Source of the DNA: Candidatus Saccharimonadota bacterium
GTDB lineage: Bacteria; Patescibacteriota; Saccharimonadia; CAILAD01; GCA-016700035
DNA: 64,000 bases
NCBI GenBank assembly: GCA_046350755.1
Contig: JAXLZV010000001.1
Span: 544,823 to 608,822 of the forward strand
Reading direction: 5' to 3'
Part shown: positions 26,015 to 37,145 of the stretch, one piece after another
Numbering within the stretch: position 1 is the first letter of the stretch
Layout: each line of letters begins with the position of its first letter
Notes under the pieces: model-generated
What the model saw: only the letters and a program-made list of their open reading frames with translations
What the model was told of the DNA's origin: nothing
Databases searched by the model: none
Translations under genes and position numbers: made by a program

Positions 26015-26971
26015 ATGAACGCTGAGGTGAAACAACTCTCTGTCGAAGCTGCCGTGCTCGATGTAATAACCTATTTTGCTATCTTTGAGGTGTTGGTCGA
26101 TTTACCGAGCATCAATGCGTTACTGCCGGTGAAGGCCAGCCATCTTGCAGTCCAGGCGGCAGTGCGAGAGCTGATACGTCGGCGTAAAGTCCAGCGCTTA
26201 GGTGATGGCTATGGACTGACGCAGCTAACCTATGCTGGCGCGGAGAAGCGAGCCGCACATCGCGAGGAATTATTACGCCGGGCTCGCAAAGCTGGCAAAC
26301 TTATTGGTCTACTGCCGTTTGTAAAAGCCGTAGTTGTTGTAAACTCAGTGGCGATCGGTAATGTGCATGCCGACAGCGACATTGATCTCTTGATTGTTAC
26401 TACTCCAGGTAGAGTGTTTGTCGCCAAAGGCCTACTCTGGCAGCTCATGAAGCTTACCCGTCAGCTCGAGACCGAAGAGCGCAAGGCTGGCCGGTTTAGT
26501 CTCGGTATGTTTCTGACCACGCGGGGCATTGTCTTTGAGCGCGATACGATGAAGCAGAATGAACCTCACCTGATGTATTGGTTGATGACGGCTGTGCCGG
26601 TCTATGGTGATCGGCGGTGGTATGAGATTCTGCAGGGCAGTGCCTATGTGCGCTCGCATGCACCCAATTATCTCTGGCCACGAGGCGGTCGTTCGATCGA
26701 TCGGTCAGGTTGGAAACAGCTCGATGCCCTGGATGACCGAGGTTATAAAATTCACTTAAAGCATACGAGTCAGCAGGAGAAAAATCATACCCCCGAAGCT
26801 TTCGTACGAGTGCGACCAGATATTATTAACCTGCATGCTCAGGACGCGAGTCGCGGGATTGCAGAGCGCTGGCATAAATTGCGCGGCACGTGGGTCGAGC
26901 CAGATACGCAGCTTAAGCCGCTGCGAGCTACTGATAGCCCGCAAGCAACCCCTAAAAAAAAGAAAAAGTAA
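26015..26971 (+). CDS. Pol-beta-fold nucleotidyltransferase domain protein, hypothetical
   Basis: VNSVAIGNVHADSDIDLLIV resembles the hG[GS]x9-13DhD minimal NTase motif, but with N replacing the conserved G. Lys-rich tail. Confidence 0.4.
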   Translation: MNAEVKQLSVEAAVLDVITYFAIFEVLVDLPSINALLPVKASHLAVQAAVRELIRRRKVQRLGDGYGLTQLTYAGAEKRAAHREELLRRARKAGKLIGLLPFVKAVVVVNSVAIGNVHADSDIDLLIVTTPGRVFVAKGLLWQLMKLTRQLETEERKAGRFSLGMFLTTRGIVFERDTMKQNEPHLMYWLMTAVPVYGDRRWYEILQGSAYVRSHAPNYLWPRGGRSIDRSGWKQLDALDDRGYKIHLKHTSQQEKNHTPEAFVRVRPDIINLHAQDASRGIAERWHKLRGTWVEPDTQLKPLRATDSPQATPKKKKK

Positions 26972-26975
26972 GCCC

Positions 26976-27004
26976 TTGACAAGTCGTGCATAAAAGCCTA
27001 TAGT
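26976..27004 (+). promoter_or_regulatory. near-consensus sigma70-type promoter (TTGACA-17-TATAGT)
   Basis: TTGACA at 26976-26981, a 17-nt spacer, TATAGT at 26999-27004. Confidence 0.55.
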
Positions 27005-27010
27005 GGCTCT

Positions 27011-27093
27011 TACAACTGAATAAGCTATAGGTATCGAGATTCCCGTTTCGCCAAAGGACCAAGCCTTACGTCCGCGGCAAGCGGTATTTTTTT
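27011..27093 (+). ncRNA. candidate small RNA or attenuated leader (~80 nt) between the strong promoter and a T7-tailed hairpin
   Basis: The promoter is followed ~65 nt later by CCGCGGCAAGCGG and TATTTTTTT. There is no ORF. Confidence 0.3.
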
Positions 27094-27350
27094 ACCTAAA
27101 AATCCTGACATTTCCTGTCCACTCATCAAGCGCTGAAGACGGCTCCAACCAGAAAACGAGCAGAGTGATGAGCGGATAACGGGACCGCTCAGGGTGGCAA
27201 CAAGCCCTGCTTGTTGCAAGCAATTATTCTCATCACTTCATGGTGCGAAGGTTTTCGAATCTTCCCGTTACCCACCATGAGGGGATGAACCCTCTCACGG
27301 CGCCAGCGACCGTTTCGTTGGAGTACCTCACACAGGAGTGTGGAAACAAT

Positions 27351-27878
27351 ATGTCCAAGACATTGGAAGACAAGTGGGACGACGAGATCGAGCGTTGGAC
27401 CCCCCGCCGCGTCAAGACCTGGGTGTGGGTCCTGATCATCGCCGTCATCCTGTTGCCTGCCGCAGCGTGGGGCATCAGCGTCGCCACCAGTGGCCCGCGT
27501 GGAGCCGGTGACGTCGTGCAGCGTCGCAACGACGCCGATAATCGCATCAGCGCCCAGGCATTCTTCGAGGACACCTACGCCACCATCAAGGCGCAGGACC
27601 TCAAGCTGACCGAAGCGCAGGCCACCCTGGACGACTTCCTGGCCACCACGCCCCAGCCCTCCAGCTCGGACATGGTGCAGGTGCAGCTCTACACGCAGCA
27701 GCTCAAGGCCAAGCAGACGACGGTGACCGGTCTCCAGCAGATCTGTCAGGACGCCGTCGCCAGCTACAACGCCGAAGCGCGGAAGACCATCCGTGCCGAG
27801 TGGCGGGCGGAGGATCTGCCATATCAGATCGACGCAACGTCGACCACCAGCGAGACGGATTGCCAGCCGGCAGCCTGA
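27351..27878 (+). CDS. GC-rich hypothetical membrane-anchored protein
   Basis: MSKTLEDKWDDEIERWTPRRVKTWVWVLIIAVILLPAAAWG; one TM then a coiled/soluble domain. GC-rich codons. Confidence 0.5.
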   Translation: MSKTLEDKWDDEIERWTPRRVKTWVWVLIIAVILLPAAAWGISVATSGPRGAGDVVQRRNDADNRISAQAFFEDTYATIKAQDLKLTEAQATLDDFLATTPQPSSSDMVQVQLYTQQLKAKQTTVTGLQQICQDAVASYNAEARKTIRAEWRAEDLPYQIDATSTTSETDCQPAA

Positions 27879-27955
27879 TCGCATCTAGCGCAAGTTTCCA
27901 ACCACAACCCGGGAGGGGGCCTAACAACCCCCTCCCACAAACCAGAAAGAGACAC

Positions 27956-28552
27956 ATGAAGAACCTGAGGAAGTACCTCGTCCTGCCCGTGCTCGTCGCC
28001 TGCATCGGCCTCATCGCCGTTGCCTGCAGCAGTGGTCCGAAGGAGGACTCCGCCCAAGGAGCCACCCAGAAGATCACCGAGGAGTACAGCAAGGCGGCCG
28101 TCGACGCGGTCCCGTACCCCTTGGAAGCCATGAAGGAGGGCGGCTGGCTCGAGCGCATGAACTTGCGTGAGCGCCTGATCCGCTACTCCAAGGCCGACAA
28201 GATCAGCTACATCTACCTCTTCTCGGACCAGGGCCAGCTCCTGGCCAACTACACCGTGAAGGGCAAGGTGAGCAACACCAGCTCACAGATGACCACCTCT
28301 CAGACGGTCAACGACTACTGCGGTTCGGGCAACTACTGCCCGATGGCAATCGATGCCCCGATGGACGATGGCACCTGGGGTCCTTCCGAGGACGCCATCT
28401 TCTTCTTCACCACCGATGGGGTGATGGTACAGTGGCCCGGTCAGTACGTGCTGGCCGACGCCCCGCTGGACCTCACCACCCAGCCGGTGTTGGTGTACAG
28501 CACGGGCTCCAAGCCCAGCTCCGTCGCCGACGAAAAGCAATACGGCGGCTGA
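27956..28552 (+). CDS. GC-rich hypothetical lipoprotein
   Basis: MKNLRKYLVLPVLVACIGLIAVACSSG lipobox. GC-rich. The 5' end overlaps the previous ORF in another frame. Confidence 0.5.
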   Translation: MKNLRKYLVLPVLVACIGLIAVACSSGPKEDSAQGATQKITEEYSKAAVDAVPYPLEAMKEGGWLERMNLRERLIRYSKADKISYIYLFSDQGQLLANYTVKGKVSNTSSQMTTSQTVNDYCGSGNYCPMAIDAPMDDGTWGPSEDAIFFFTTDGVMVQWPGQYVLADAPLDLTTQPVLVYSTGSKPSSVADEKQYGG

Positions 28553-28624
28553 CGCTGCTCTTTCAGCGAGGGGGTCTTCGGGTCCCCTCGCACACCCTCG
28601 CTACGGCGGGGGTATTTTTATTGA

Positions 28625-31600
28625 TTATTCGTGCGGTCGGCGTGACAAGAGGTAGATTGCCCCACCGAGAATGCACAGCCCAATCGTGCCGAACCAAACC
28701 CATGCCGGCAGATTCAGGATGGCTCCAGCAGTTTTATAGAGCGTAATAATTACTAGAGTGGCGATGCCCCAGGTACGTACCAGCGCATAGTGGGTGGCGA
28801 GGCCAAATAGCAGAATGGCGATTCCTAGGCCGAGAATGCCTAATACGTAGCCACCAGTCTGATCACCGAGAGCTTGGAAGGCTAACGGTACGGTGGCAAA
28901 GCCTAGCGCCGTGGCAGTCATGATGTCTTGGGCCTGCTTCTCGCCACGCTGCCATTGACGGTAGGCGAGCGCTCCGAAGTAGACGGCTGTAGTTTGCATG
29001 TAGGCCTGTGAGTTCGTGATATGAGCTACGTTGTAGGCCTGAAGGGTGGTGAGCCAAATTACCACTGAGCTAGCATATTTGGCGAAGCGGTTCTCTAGCT
29101 TGAAGCTTTCGGCCATCGATAGTGAACCAGCGGTGTAGTTTTGTAAAACGGGCAGCCAAGTTGGCAGGCTGTTGGCAGAATTTGTCATCAGCGTAACGTA
29201 GCTACCGATGACACCACTCCATCGTGCCAGCTTGGCGCGATCGCCAGTGGTGACGCTACCGAAGCCATAAAGAGCTAAGGCGGTGACCAGTAGAGTCGGG
29301 CTGATCCAGAGATTGGTAACGCGCGCTAGCTGGAGCGACCACCCAAGGAGGGCAATGAAGGCGATGGCGCTGGCGATTCGCTCATCTTCCAAAAAGCTGA
29401 GGGCAAACACCATGATGACGGGAAGTGCCATAACGACTAGTAAGCTGAGTTTTGTATCACTAAAGCCGACTAAGTAAGTGAGCGTCAGACCAATGCCGTA
29501 GAGTACGGCCATTGACTGTGACTCTTTAGCTAGCCATTGGGTGAAATGTTTTGTGAGGTAGATAATGAGCGCCACTCCGAAGATCATCAGACTTATCCAA
29601 GCCACATCGAGCTGGAGTTGAAGGCCAAGCCAGCCGGTAGCGATGTATACCGCCAGTGCCCCGAGTGAGAACACAGGAGCGCTTTTCTCACGCCAGCCCA
29701 GCCCGGCCATGACAACCCCAATACCGAGCATCATTGCCTTGCTCGGTATTCCGGTGGCAAAACCGGCCCAACCATAGGCTAGACTCAGATTGACGAACGT
29801 AAGCAGCAGCACACTGTCACGATCTTTAGCGAACTGTGGTAACCATTTGAGGACATATAAAGTAACGGCGACTACCGAGATGCCAAGCGCTATCCAGGAT
29901 CCTGACCAGCCTGAGCGCAGACCCAAAGCAATGACAGCGACATTCCAGGCTATGGCCGTACCAACCAGAAAAGCTCGAGGACCGGTTAGCGCCAAGTAGA
30001 GCGCCACCGCACCGCCGATTACCGCCAAGAGAGCAGGCCAGTAGGTGGATGTTCCCACCAAGGCACCGAACACTGCCCAGGTGGCCCAGAAGCTGACAAA
30101 ACCGCGCGTCAGTACTGTCAGGCGGGGGTGTTGAGCGAGTTGTCGAGCTTGCACGGTAATGACTGCACCGATCACACCCATGATGCTAAAGATAAGTGAC
30201 TGATGCTCTACGCTGAGCTGGGGCTGGAAGATTGTTTGTGCGATGAAGAGCGGCGTAATGGTAAGGCTGATTAAGAAGAGGCCGTAGCTCAAGGCCTTAC
30301 GCGTCAAGAGATAGTGGATGGCGTGAAAGAGGGTGCAGCCAATGAGTATCCAGCCAAGGGTGGCGCCACGATCTATGACCAGAATAGGAATGAGTACCAT
30401 GAGGACGGCACTCACTACCTCATAGATGATCTGGTGACGCTCGTGAAGGGCGAATTTCTCTGCCATTACATAGGTGGTGGCGATGACGGCCAGGATGGCG
30501 ACCACAGCTAAAACGGGAACCCGGCGCTCCAACAGGGTCAAGCCTAGGCCAAGCGGGAATATGCCGACGGCCAGCCAGAGGTATCTCTGGCTGGCGTCAC
30601 TGGCATCGAAGTCTTCGAGGGCGGCACACATCAGATAGAAGGCGGCGGTGAGTATCAGCTGAACGCCAACGTTCCAGAGCCCAAATCTTTGAAGTCCAAT
30701 AAACGCCAGTAAGACCGAGATAGGCACGAATATTTGGGCGGTGACGGTAAGTGGCTGACTAACCTGTTTGTCACTGATGTATTTGGCAGCCACGGCGTAG
30801 AGCATACTGGTGCCGAGCATCACCCAGCCGTACCAGTAGAGTGATGCATTGCTGGTGGCGGTAATTGATTGGAATAGCGAGATAGTCGTGAGGGCCGCGA
30901 AGTAGGCGATATAGGTTTTGCGAATGAGCAAAAAGGCCGTAACTTGCATGATGAGCATAACAGCGGTAGTTACGAGCCAGAGGGGACCAACGTTTTTGCC
31001 GGCAAAAAGGAGGCTTTGGGCAGCTACCCCGACTAGCGGGGCTAGCAAGAGACCGATGGCCGTAAAAGTCACTCCAGCTGGCTTGATTTTGTCGGTGAAC
31101 CGGTACAGTCCGATGCCGGTGAGATAAAAAGCGGCAGTGAATAGAGCCATGATGAATACCTGGCCACCGGGTGTGATGGATTGATAGGTGCTGCCGACAA
31201 AGATACCAGCGGCGATGACGACGAAGAAGGCACCAAGATACAGGAGAATATTGATATTTTGCAGGGCTTTGAGGCCGCGCTCCGAAAGCGGGACGGGTGG
31301 TGGGCCAGCGGGTTTCGGTGGGGTTGGTGGCGCTGCCGGTACGGGAGCAGCATTGGCCGGTGCTTGACTGGCGATTGTCTTGGTGGTGGTAGCGTTCAGA
31401 GATTTGCGGTAAGCCGCTCGACTAATCAAGTAGTGCAGGTTGTGCCGCAGGGAGTAAGCAGCTCGCTCCAAGGTATCTCGTTCGACCGGATCGTGAGCAT
31501 TACGCGCCATATCATCAAGTAGTGTGGCGGAGGTATCCTCGATGACTGGCGGATTTGGCGTAGTCTGAGCGAGGTTGGCCGGCCGGCCGGCATTGATGAC

Positions 31601-31741
31601 CTCTTGGCTATACAGGAGTGAGCTTTTGCCACCAGTCTTCCGATTGTGTCGGACGATCAGTATCACGATAATAATCACCCATACCAATGGGTTGAAGGCG
31701 AGGGCAAGCAGGACTACGAATATGGCGCCGAGGATTTCCAT
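28625..31741 (-). CDS. very large polytopic membrane protein (~25-30 TM helices), hypothetical (DUF2339-like?)
   Basis: ORF of >1000 aa. N-terminal TM segment, a Pro-rich soluble segment, then a continuous array of TM helices. The start is ambiguous between TTG at 31783 and ATG at 31741. Confidence 0.55.
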   Translation of the reverse strand: MEILGAIFVVLLALAFNPLVWVIIIVILIVRHNRKTGGKSSLLYSQEVINAGRPANLAQTTPNPPVIEDTSATLLDDMARNAHDPVERDTLERAAYSLRHNLHYLISRAAYRKSLNATTTKTIASQAPANAAPVPAAPPTPPKPAGPPPVPLSERGLKALQNINILLYLGAFFVVIAAGIFVGSTYQSITPGGQVFIMALFTAAFYLTGIGLYRFTDKIKPAGVTFTAIGLLLAPLVGVAAQSLLFAGKNVGPLWLVTTAVMLIMQVTAFLLIRKTYIAYFAALTTISLFQSITATSNASLYWYGWVMLGTSMLYAVAAKYISDKQVSQPLTVTAQIFVPISVLLAFIGLQRFGLWNVGVQLILTAAFYLMCAALEDFDASDASQRYLWLAVGIFPLGLGLTLLERRVPVLAVVAILAVIATTYVMAEKFALHERHQIIYEVVSAVLMVLIPILVIDRGATLGWILIGCTLFHAIHYLLTRKALSYGLFLISLTITPLFIAQTIFQPQLSVEHQSLIFSIMGVIGAVITVQARQLAQHPRLTVLTRGFVSFWATWAVFGALVGTSTYWPALLAVIGGAVALYLALTGPRAFLVGTAIAWNVAVIALGLRSGWSGSWIALGISVVAVTLYVLKWLPQFAKDRDSVLLLTFVNLSLAYGWAGFATGIPSKAMMLGIGVVMAGLGWREKSAPVFSLGALAVYIATGWLGLQLQLDVAWISLMIFGVALIIYLTKHFTQWLAKESQSMAVLYGIGLTLTYLVGFSDTKLSLLVVMALPVIMVFALSFLEDERIASAIAFIALLGWSLQLARVTNLWISPTLLVTALALYGFGSVTTGDRAKLARWSGVIGSYVTLMTNSANSLPTWLPVLQNYTAGSLSMAESFKLENRFAKYASSVVIWLTTLQAYNVAHITNSQAYMQTTAVYFGALAYRQWQRGEKQAQDIMTATALGFATVPLAFQALGDQTGGYVLGILGLGIAILLFGLATHYALVRTWGIATLVIITLYKTAGAILNLPAWVWFGTIGLCILGGAIYLLSRRPHE

Positions 31742-31807
31742 GAGGATTGTTCCTAGTCTACCCGAGTGCTTTAGGAGGGTCAAAGAACTTACGCTTCACA
31801 AGTACGA

Positions 31808-31836
31808 CTTGACGCTGCTTCTCGGAGTTTCTATAC
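31808..31836 (+). promoter_or_regulatory. groESL promoter (TTGACG-17-TATACT)
   Basis: TTGACG at 31808-31813, TATACT at 31831-31836, immediately upstream of CIRCE. Confidence 0.6.
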
Positions 31837-31840
31837 TGAA

Positions 31841-31867
31841 ATTAGCACTCAACTATTGAGAGTGCTA
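31841..31867 (+). promoter_or_regulatory. CIRCE operator (HrcA binding site)
   Basis: Perfect TTAGCACTC-N9-GAGTGCTAA inverted repeat. Confidence 0.85.
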
Positions 31868-31951
31868 ATGCTTTCTCTAGCTACTGAAGATATAGAGCGG
31901 CATTAACATTTTTACTAGTCAGAGTAATAACGTAAGTGAAAGAGGTGTTGA

Positions 31952-33849
<1,898 letters not shown>

Positions 33850-33865
33850 TATCGCCGTACTTGCC

Positions 33866-33933
33866 GAAAAAAGCCCTGGATACTTGGGGCTTTTTTCATT
33901 AAAAAAATTGGCCCCCACGCCATTGTGGGGGCC
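33866..33933. terminator. pair of convergent terminators (plus-strand after groEL; minus-strand GGCCCCCAC hairpin for the TPR gene)
   Basis: AAGCCC...GGGCTTTTTT, then AAAAAAATT-GGCCCCCAC-GCCATT-GTGGGGGCC. Confidence 0.6.
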
Positions 33934-33953
33934 GAAGAGTGCAAGTGGTCTGA

Positions 33954-34646
33954 TCAGGACACTGGGTTGGCGAGGCCTTTCATCTTTCTGATGTGACGAA
34001 CCAGCTCTTGCCAGCGCACGCGGTGGCTTTCGCCACCATAGGTGTTTGCTAGCCAGCGCACTCGGTCGAAATAGCTATCGAGATTTTCAAGTTCCTCTAG
34101 GTTTCCCTGTTCCACCAAGGCTGCCGTGAAGTGCAGCCCATTGTAGAGCTCGTAGTGACGGTTATCGCCTCGCTGCAGAAGTTTGGCTGCAGTGCCGAAC
34201 AACTCGAGGGCTTCGTGCGTCTTGCCCTTGGCGATCAGGATGCGAGCCTTGAAGCCAAGGCTGATGCCGCGCTCCGGCAGATCGTCGAGCGGGATGTACT
34301 CCAGTGATCGGTCGATCTGTACTTCTGCCGGATTTAGGTTGCCATCGATCAGGTACGACCTGGAGAGGTCGCGATCAATGGCCGCCCAACGTCGTTGGTC
34401 GGGACGCATATCGAGGGCTTTGCGCAGATGCGATCGAGCCTCTTCGGTTTTGCCGATACCGAGTAGGGCAACACCCCACATGTGGTGGAGGCTAATTCGT
34501 TGCTCAGCCGTGATTGCCAGTCCGAGTCGTTCGATCTCGGTATAGCGGTCGACAGCTTGTTCGTTGAGGTCAGTGCTGCGCAGGATCTCTGCGCTGGCGA
34601 ACATCGTATCGAATGACAGCTCGTTAGTCATGGGCATGGCTTTCAT
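33954..34646 (-). CDS. TPR-repeat protein, hypothetical
   Basis: TPR-like helical repeats (..EEARSHLRKALDMRPDQRRWAAIDRDL..). The start is uncertain; the ORF continues upstream to 34883 without a clear RBS. Confidence 0.45.
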   Translation of the reverse strand: MKAMPMTNELSFDTMFASAEILRSTDLNEQAVDRYTEIERLGLAITAEQRISLHHMWGVALLGIGKTEEARSHLRKALDMRPDQRRWAAIDRDLSRSYLIDGNLNPAEVQIDRSLEYIPLDDLPERGISLGFKARILIAKGKTHEALELFGTAAKLLQRGDNRHYELYNGLHFTAALVEQGNLEELENLDSYFDRVRWLANTYGGESHRVRWQELVRHIRKMKGLANPVS

Positions 34647-34795
34647 GTCGAAGGTGCGAATGGGCCTGATATTACAATAATCACTGAAAACCGTCAATGT
34701 ATTTATGATGCTTATCCTTGAAGAAAACCAGATCTGATTATAAAATAGCGCGGTTACGTCAAATGTGACAGGAAACTTGAAAAGAAAGCAGGACC

Positions 34796-36853
34796 ATGCC
34801 GCGAACTGGTTTGGAGTCGGAAGAAGCCTATTGGGATGACTTGGCCTCCCGCCTGCGGGAAGTGCTGGATCGCTTTCGGGCACCCATGTCTGCTGAGGTT
34901 GAGGTCAAATACCTCGGCTACATCGTGGAGTGGCTGGAAACCACAGAAGCCCATTACCAGGGCACAGACGATTCGTTGTTTGGTTGTGATCCGAGCGGCT
35001 TGCCGTACGTGGCAATCGAGCGATCAACAGCCGGTGCAAAAACCGCGGCTCGAAGTGACCGCAATCGGGTCAGCTTTGAGCCGGAACACATCCGTCGAGC
35101 GCGCCATGCGCTGACGGCGGAAATTATGTTCTTCGGTCGGTCGCTGATTGAAGCTGGTAAGCAAGCCTTGCCGGTCGAAGCTGTGATGGCTGCCCATAAT
35201 GCCAAACACTCCACGAAGCTCGGTCAGTTCTGGGATGCCGCTAAAGATGCCCGCTACGCCATGGATTTTGATCGCTGGGCCAAACGCCATCCGCTGCTCC
35301 GTACCGTTGAGGACGAGCAGGGGGCTGCCTTTGAGGCTGGCGGTGAACGACATGAGATGTCGGCGACGATGGTGTTGCCACACGTTTTCGGTCGCTATCC
35401 TGATTCACCGATGCGGCCAAACTGCCTCGGAGCGGCCATTCTGGCTGCCTCCTGGTGTGATTTGGCTGGCATCGAAAACTTCGTCTACGCCAGCTTGGTG
35501 CAATCTGATGAAGAGTATCACTGGACGCGCCTGAGCCAGATCTGGCGACGCATCTTATCGTTTCTCGAAGCCCGCGACTTTGAGCTTGATCAAGAAGTTG
35601 ATCACCACCTGCGTGAAGATATCGAAACGGCCGAGCAGATCGCTCGTGACGAGGTATTGCATGCCTCGCTCGATCCGCACGCCTGTGTGGTCTTCAGCTA
35701 CTCGGCGGGTCGTTGGATGGTGATGGATAATTGGCTACATAAGCGCTATCACCTTGGTTCAAGCAATGACGATACGCCAGCAGGGGTATATAACCCCACG
35801 ATGGATGATGTCGTTGATGCTCTGAATGACTTCTCCCCTGAGCCAGGTTTGACCATAGGTCGTCGGGCTTGGGGGTTGGACTCAGACTGGCGTTTGCTCG
35901 AGCATCAGCTCGATGATGCCTTCGTGCTGACCGAAGCCTTGATGGCGGCTTACGCTAGCTACGATCCAACCAGCGCAATTGATTCGCTGGAGGCCTACTT
36001 GTGGCACTTGATCAAGGCAATACGCGTGGTGGAGTATCACGGCAGCTTCTTTGACTGGAAGCTTGATGAAGCCATGGTTAGCACTGAGCGGATTGCCAAA
36101 TTGGATCCGCAAGGCTGGGCGATGTATGGGATGATGATTCATCACATGGCTTACCGCTACGGTTTTGCCGAGAATATTCCCGAAGAGGAGCTGCCGGCGT
36201 TTGTCGACAGTCTCTACGCCAGCTATCAGCATGATACTGAGACTGCTGAGCGCATGCGGCGGGACTTGGTGTTGATGCCTCTGCGAGAAAGTATGTCGCA
36301 GGTGTCAGTGCATCATCGGGTGTTGAGCAGCTACAAAAAAAGCAAACCGATCTCCGCGCAGCCGGTGCTGGAGTTTGGCCGAGCCACCATCCAGCTCGGT
36401 TGTGCGGCTCTGGCTCATCTGATCGCCTGGGACGACTGGACCGGTGCGCGTCTGCGGTTGGCGGACTTGCTGCACTTCACGACCAGTCAGGCGATTGCCT
36501 ACGACGCGATTACTGAGCTGCATCACGAGGCCGAGGAGTCTGATATCACGGAGCCATACGTTTTGAGCGAGGAGCTCCTGCCAGCGCAAGCCGATACTTT
36601 GAGCTTTGCTCGGTGGCTTATGCAAGCTGGACGTGATGCGGATAATCTGCTAGCATTCCCAGGTGATGTTGATCTCAAGGGGCCGCAAGCAGCAGCTGTC
36701 TTGCGAGCCTGGGAGTATCTCCAGAACATGCCACAATCATTGCGGCATCGCCAGGCAACTCAATTGCTCAATCGCATTCAGCAAGCCTCCACTCGTCAGC
36801 CGATGGGTGGTCAAATTCTCATCACCAGAGAAAGGATAGCGCATGGCGCGTAA
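34796..36853 (+). CDS. large hypothetical protein (685 aa), moderately GC-enriched
   Basis: Continuous ORF with no recognised motif. Its stop overlaps the start of the next gene. Confidence 0.55.
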   Translation: MPRTGLESEEAYWDDLASRLREVLDRFRAPMSAEVEVKYLGYIVEWLETTEAHYQGTDDSLFGCDPSGLPYVAIERSTAGAKTAARSDRNRVSFEPEHIRRARHALTAEIMFFGRSLIEAGKQALPVEAVMAAHNAKHSTKLGQFWDAAKDARYAMDFDRWAKRHPLLRTVEDEQGAAFEAGGERHEMSATMVLPHVFGRYPDSPMRPNCLGAAILAASWCDLAGIENFVYASLVQSDEEYHWTRLSQIWRRILSFLEARDFELDQEVDHHLREDIETAEQIARDEVLHASLDPHACVVFSYSAGRWMVMDNWLHKRYHLGSSNDDTPAGVYNPTMDDVVDALNDFSPEPGLTIGRRAWGLDSDWRLLEHQLDDAFVLTEALMAAYASYDPTSAIDSLEAYLWHLIKAIRVVEYHGSFFDWKLDEAMVSTERIAKLDPQGWAMYGMMIHHMAYRYGFAENIPEEELPAFVDSLYASYQHDTETAERMRRDLVLMPLRESMSQVSVHHRVLSSYKKSKPISAQPVLEFGRATIQLGCAALAHLIAWDDWTGARLRLADLLHFTTSQAIAYDAITELHHEAEESDITEPYVLSEELLPAQADTLSFARWLMQAGRDADNLLAFPGDVDLKGPQAAAVLRAWEYLQNMPQSLRHRQATQLLNRIQQASTRQPMGGQILITRERIAHGA

Positions 36854-37085
36854 GAAAGCCGATGCCAAGCAAGCAGCTGAGATCCTCAAGCTGCGCGATG
36901 CGGGGTGGTCTGATCAGAAGATCATCGCCGAGAAAGGGAAGGGTGACATCGCCCTTGGCTACCTGTGGCTCGAAGAGAACCCAGGTGCCGACCCGCGCGG
37001 CAAACCTGCCGCCTCAGCGGCCGCCAAGCCAGCGCGCGGTTCCGGCAGCCGCCGGACACCCGAGCGCACTTCCGCGTTGATCTAA
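36843..37085 (+). CDS. small basic protein with resolvase-type HTH-like N-terminus
   Basis: ATGGCGCGTAA overlap with the upstream stop. AAEILKLRDAGWSDQKIIAEKG resembles an HTH_Hin-like motif. GC-rich, with an Ala/Arg tail. Confidence 0.4.
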   Translation: MARKKADAKQAAEILKLRDAGWSDQKIIAEKGKGDIALGYLWLEENPGADPRGKPAASAAAKPARGSGSRRTPERTSALI

Positions 37086-37145
37086 CGCAACTAGCCTCGT
37101 TACCGAGCAATCGGTGGCGAGGATTTTTTATGTTACGCTTATGGT

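Noticed and set aside
27189-27884. Minus-strand 231-aa ORF and other antisense ORFs (27233..27574, 27703..28158) in the GC-rich insertion
   Set aside because: They are antisense to the better-supported plus-strand genes, which have RBSs and a signal peptide/lipobox. A high-GC coding strand always generates long antisense ORFs.
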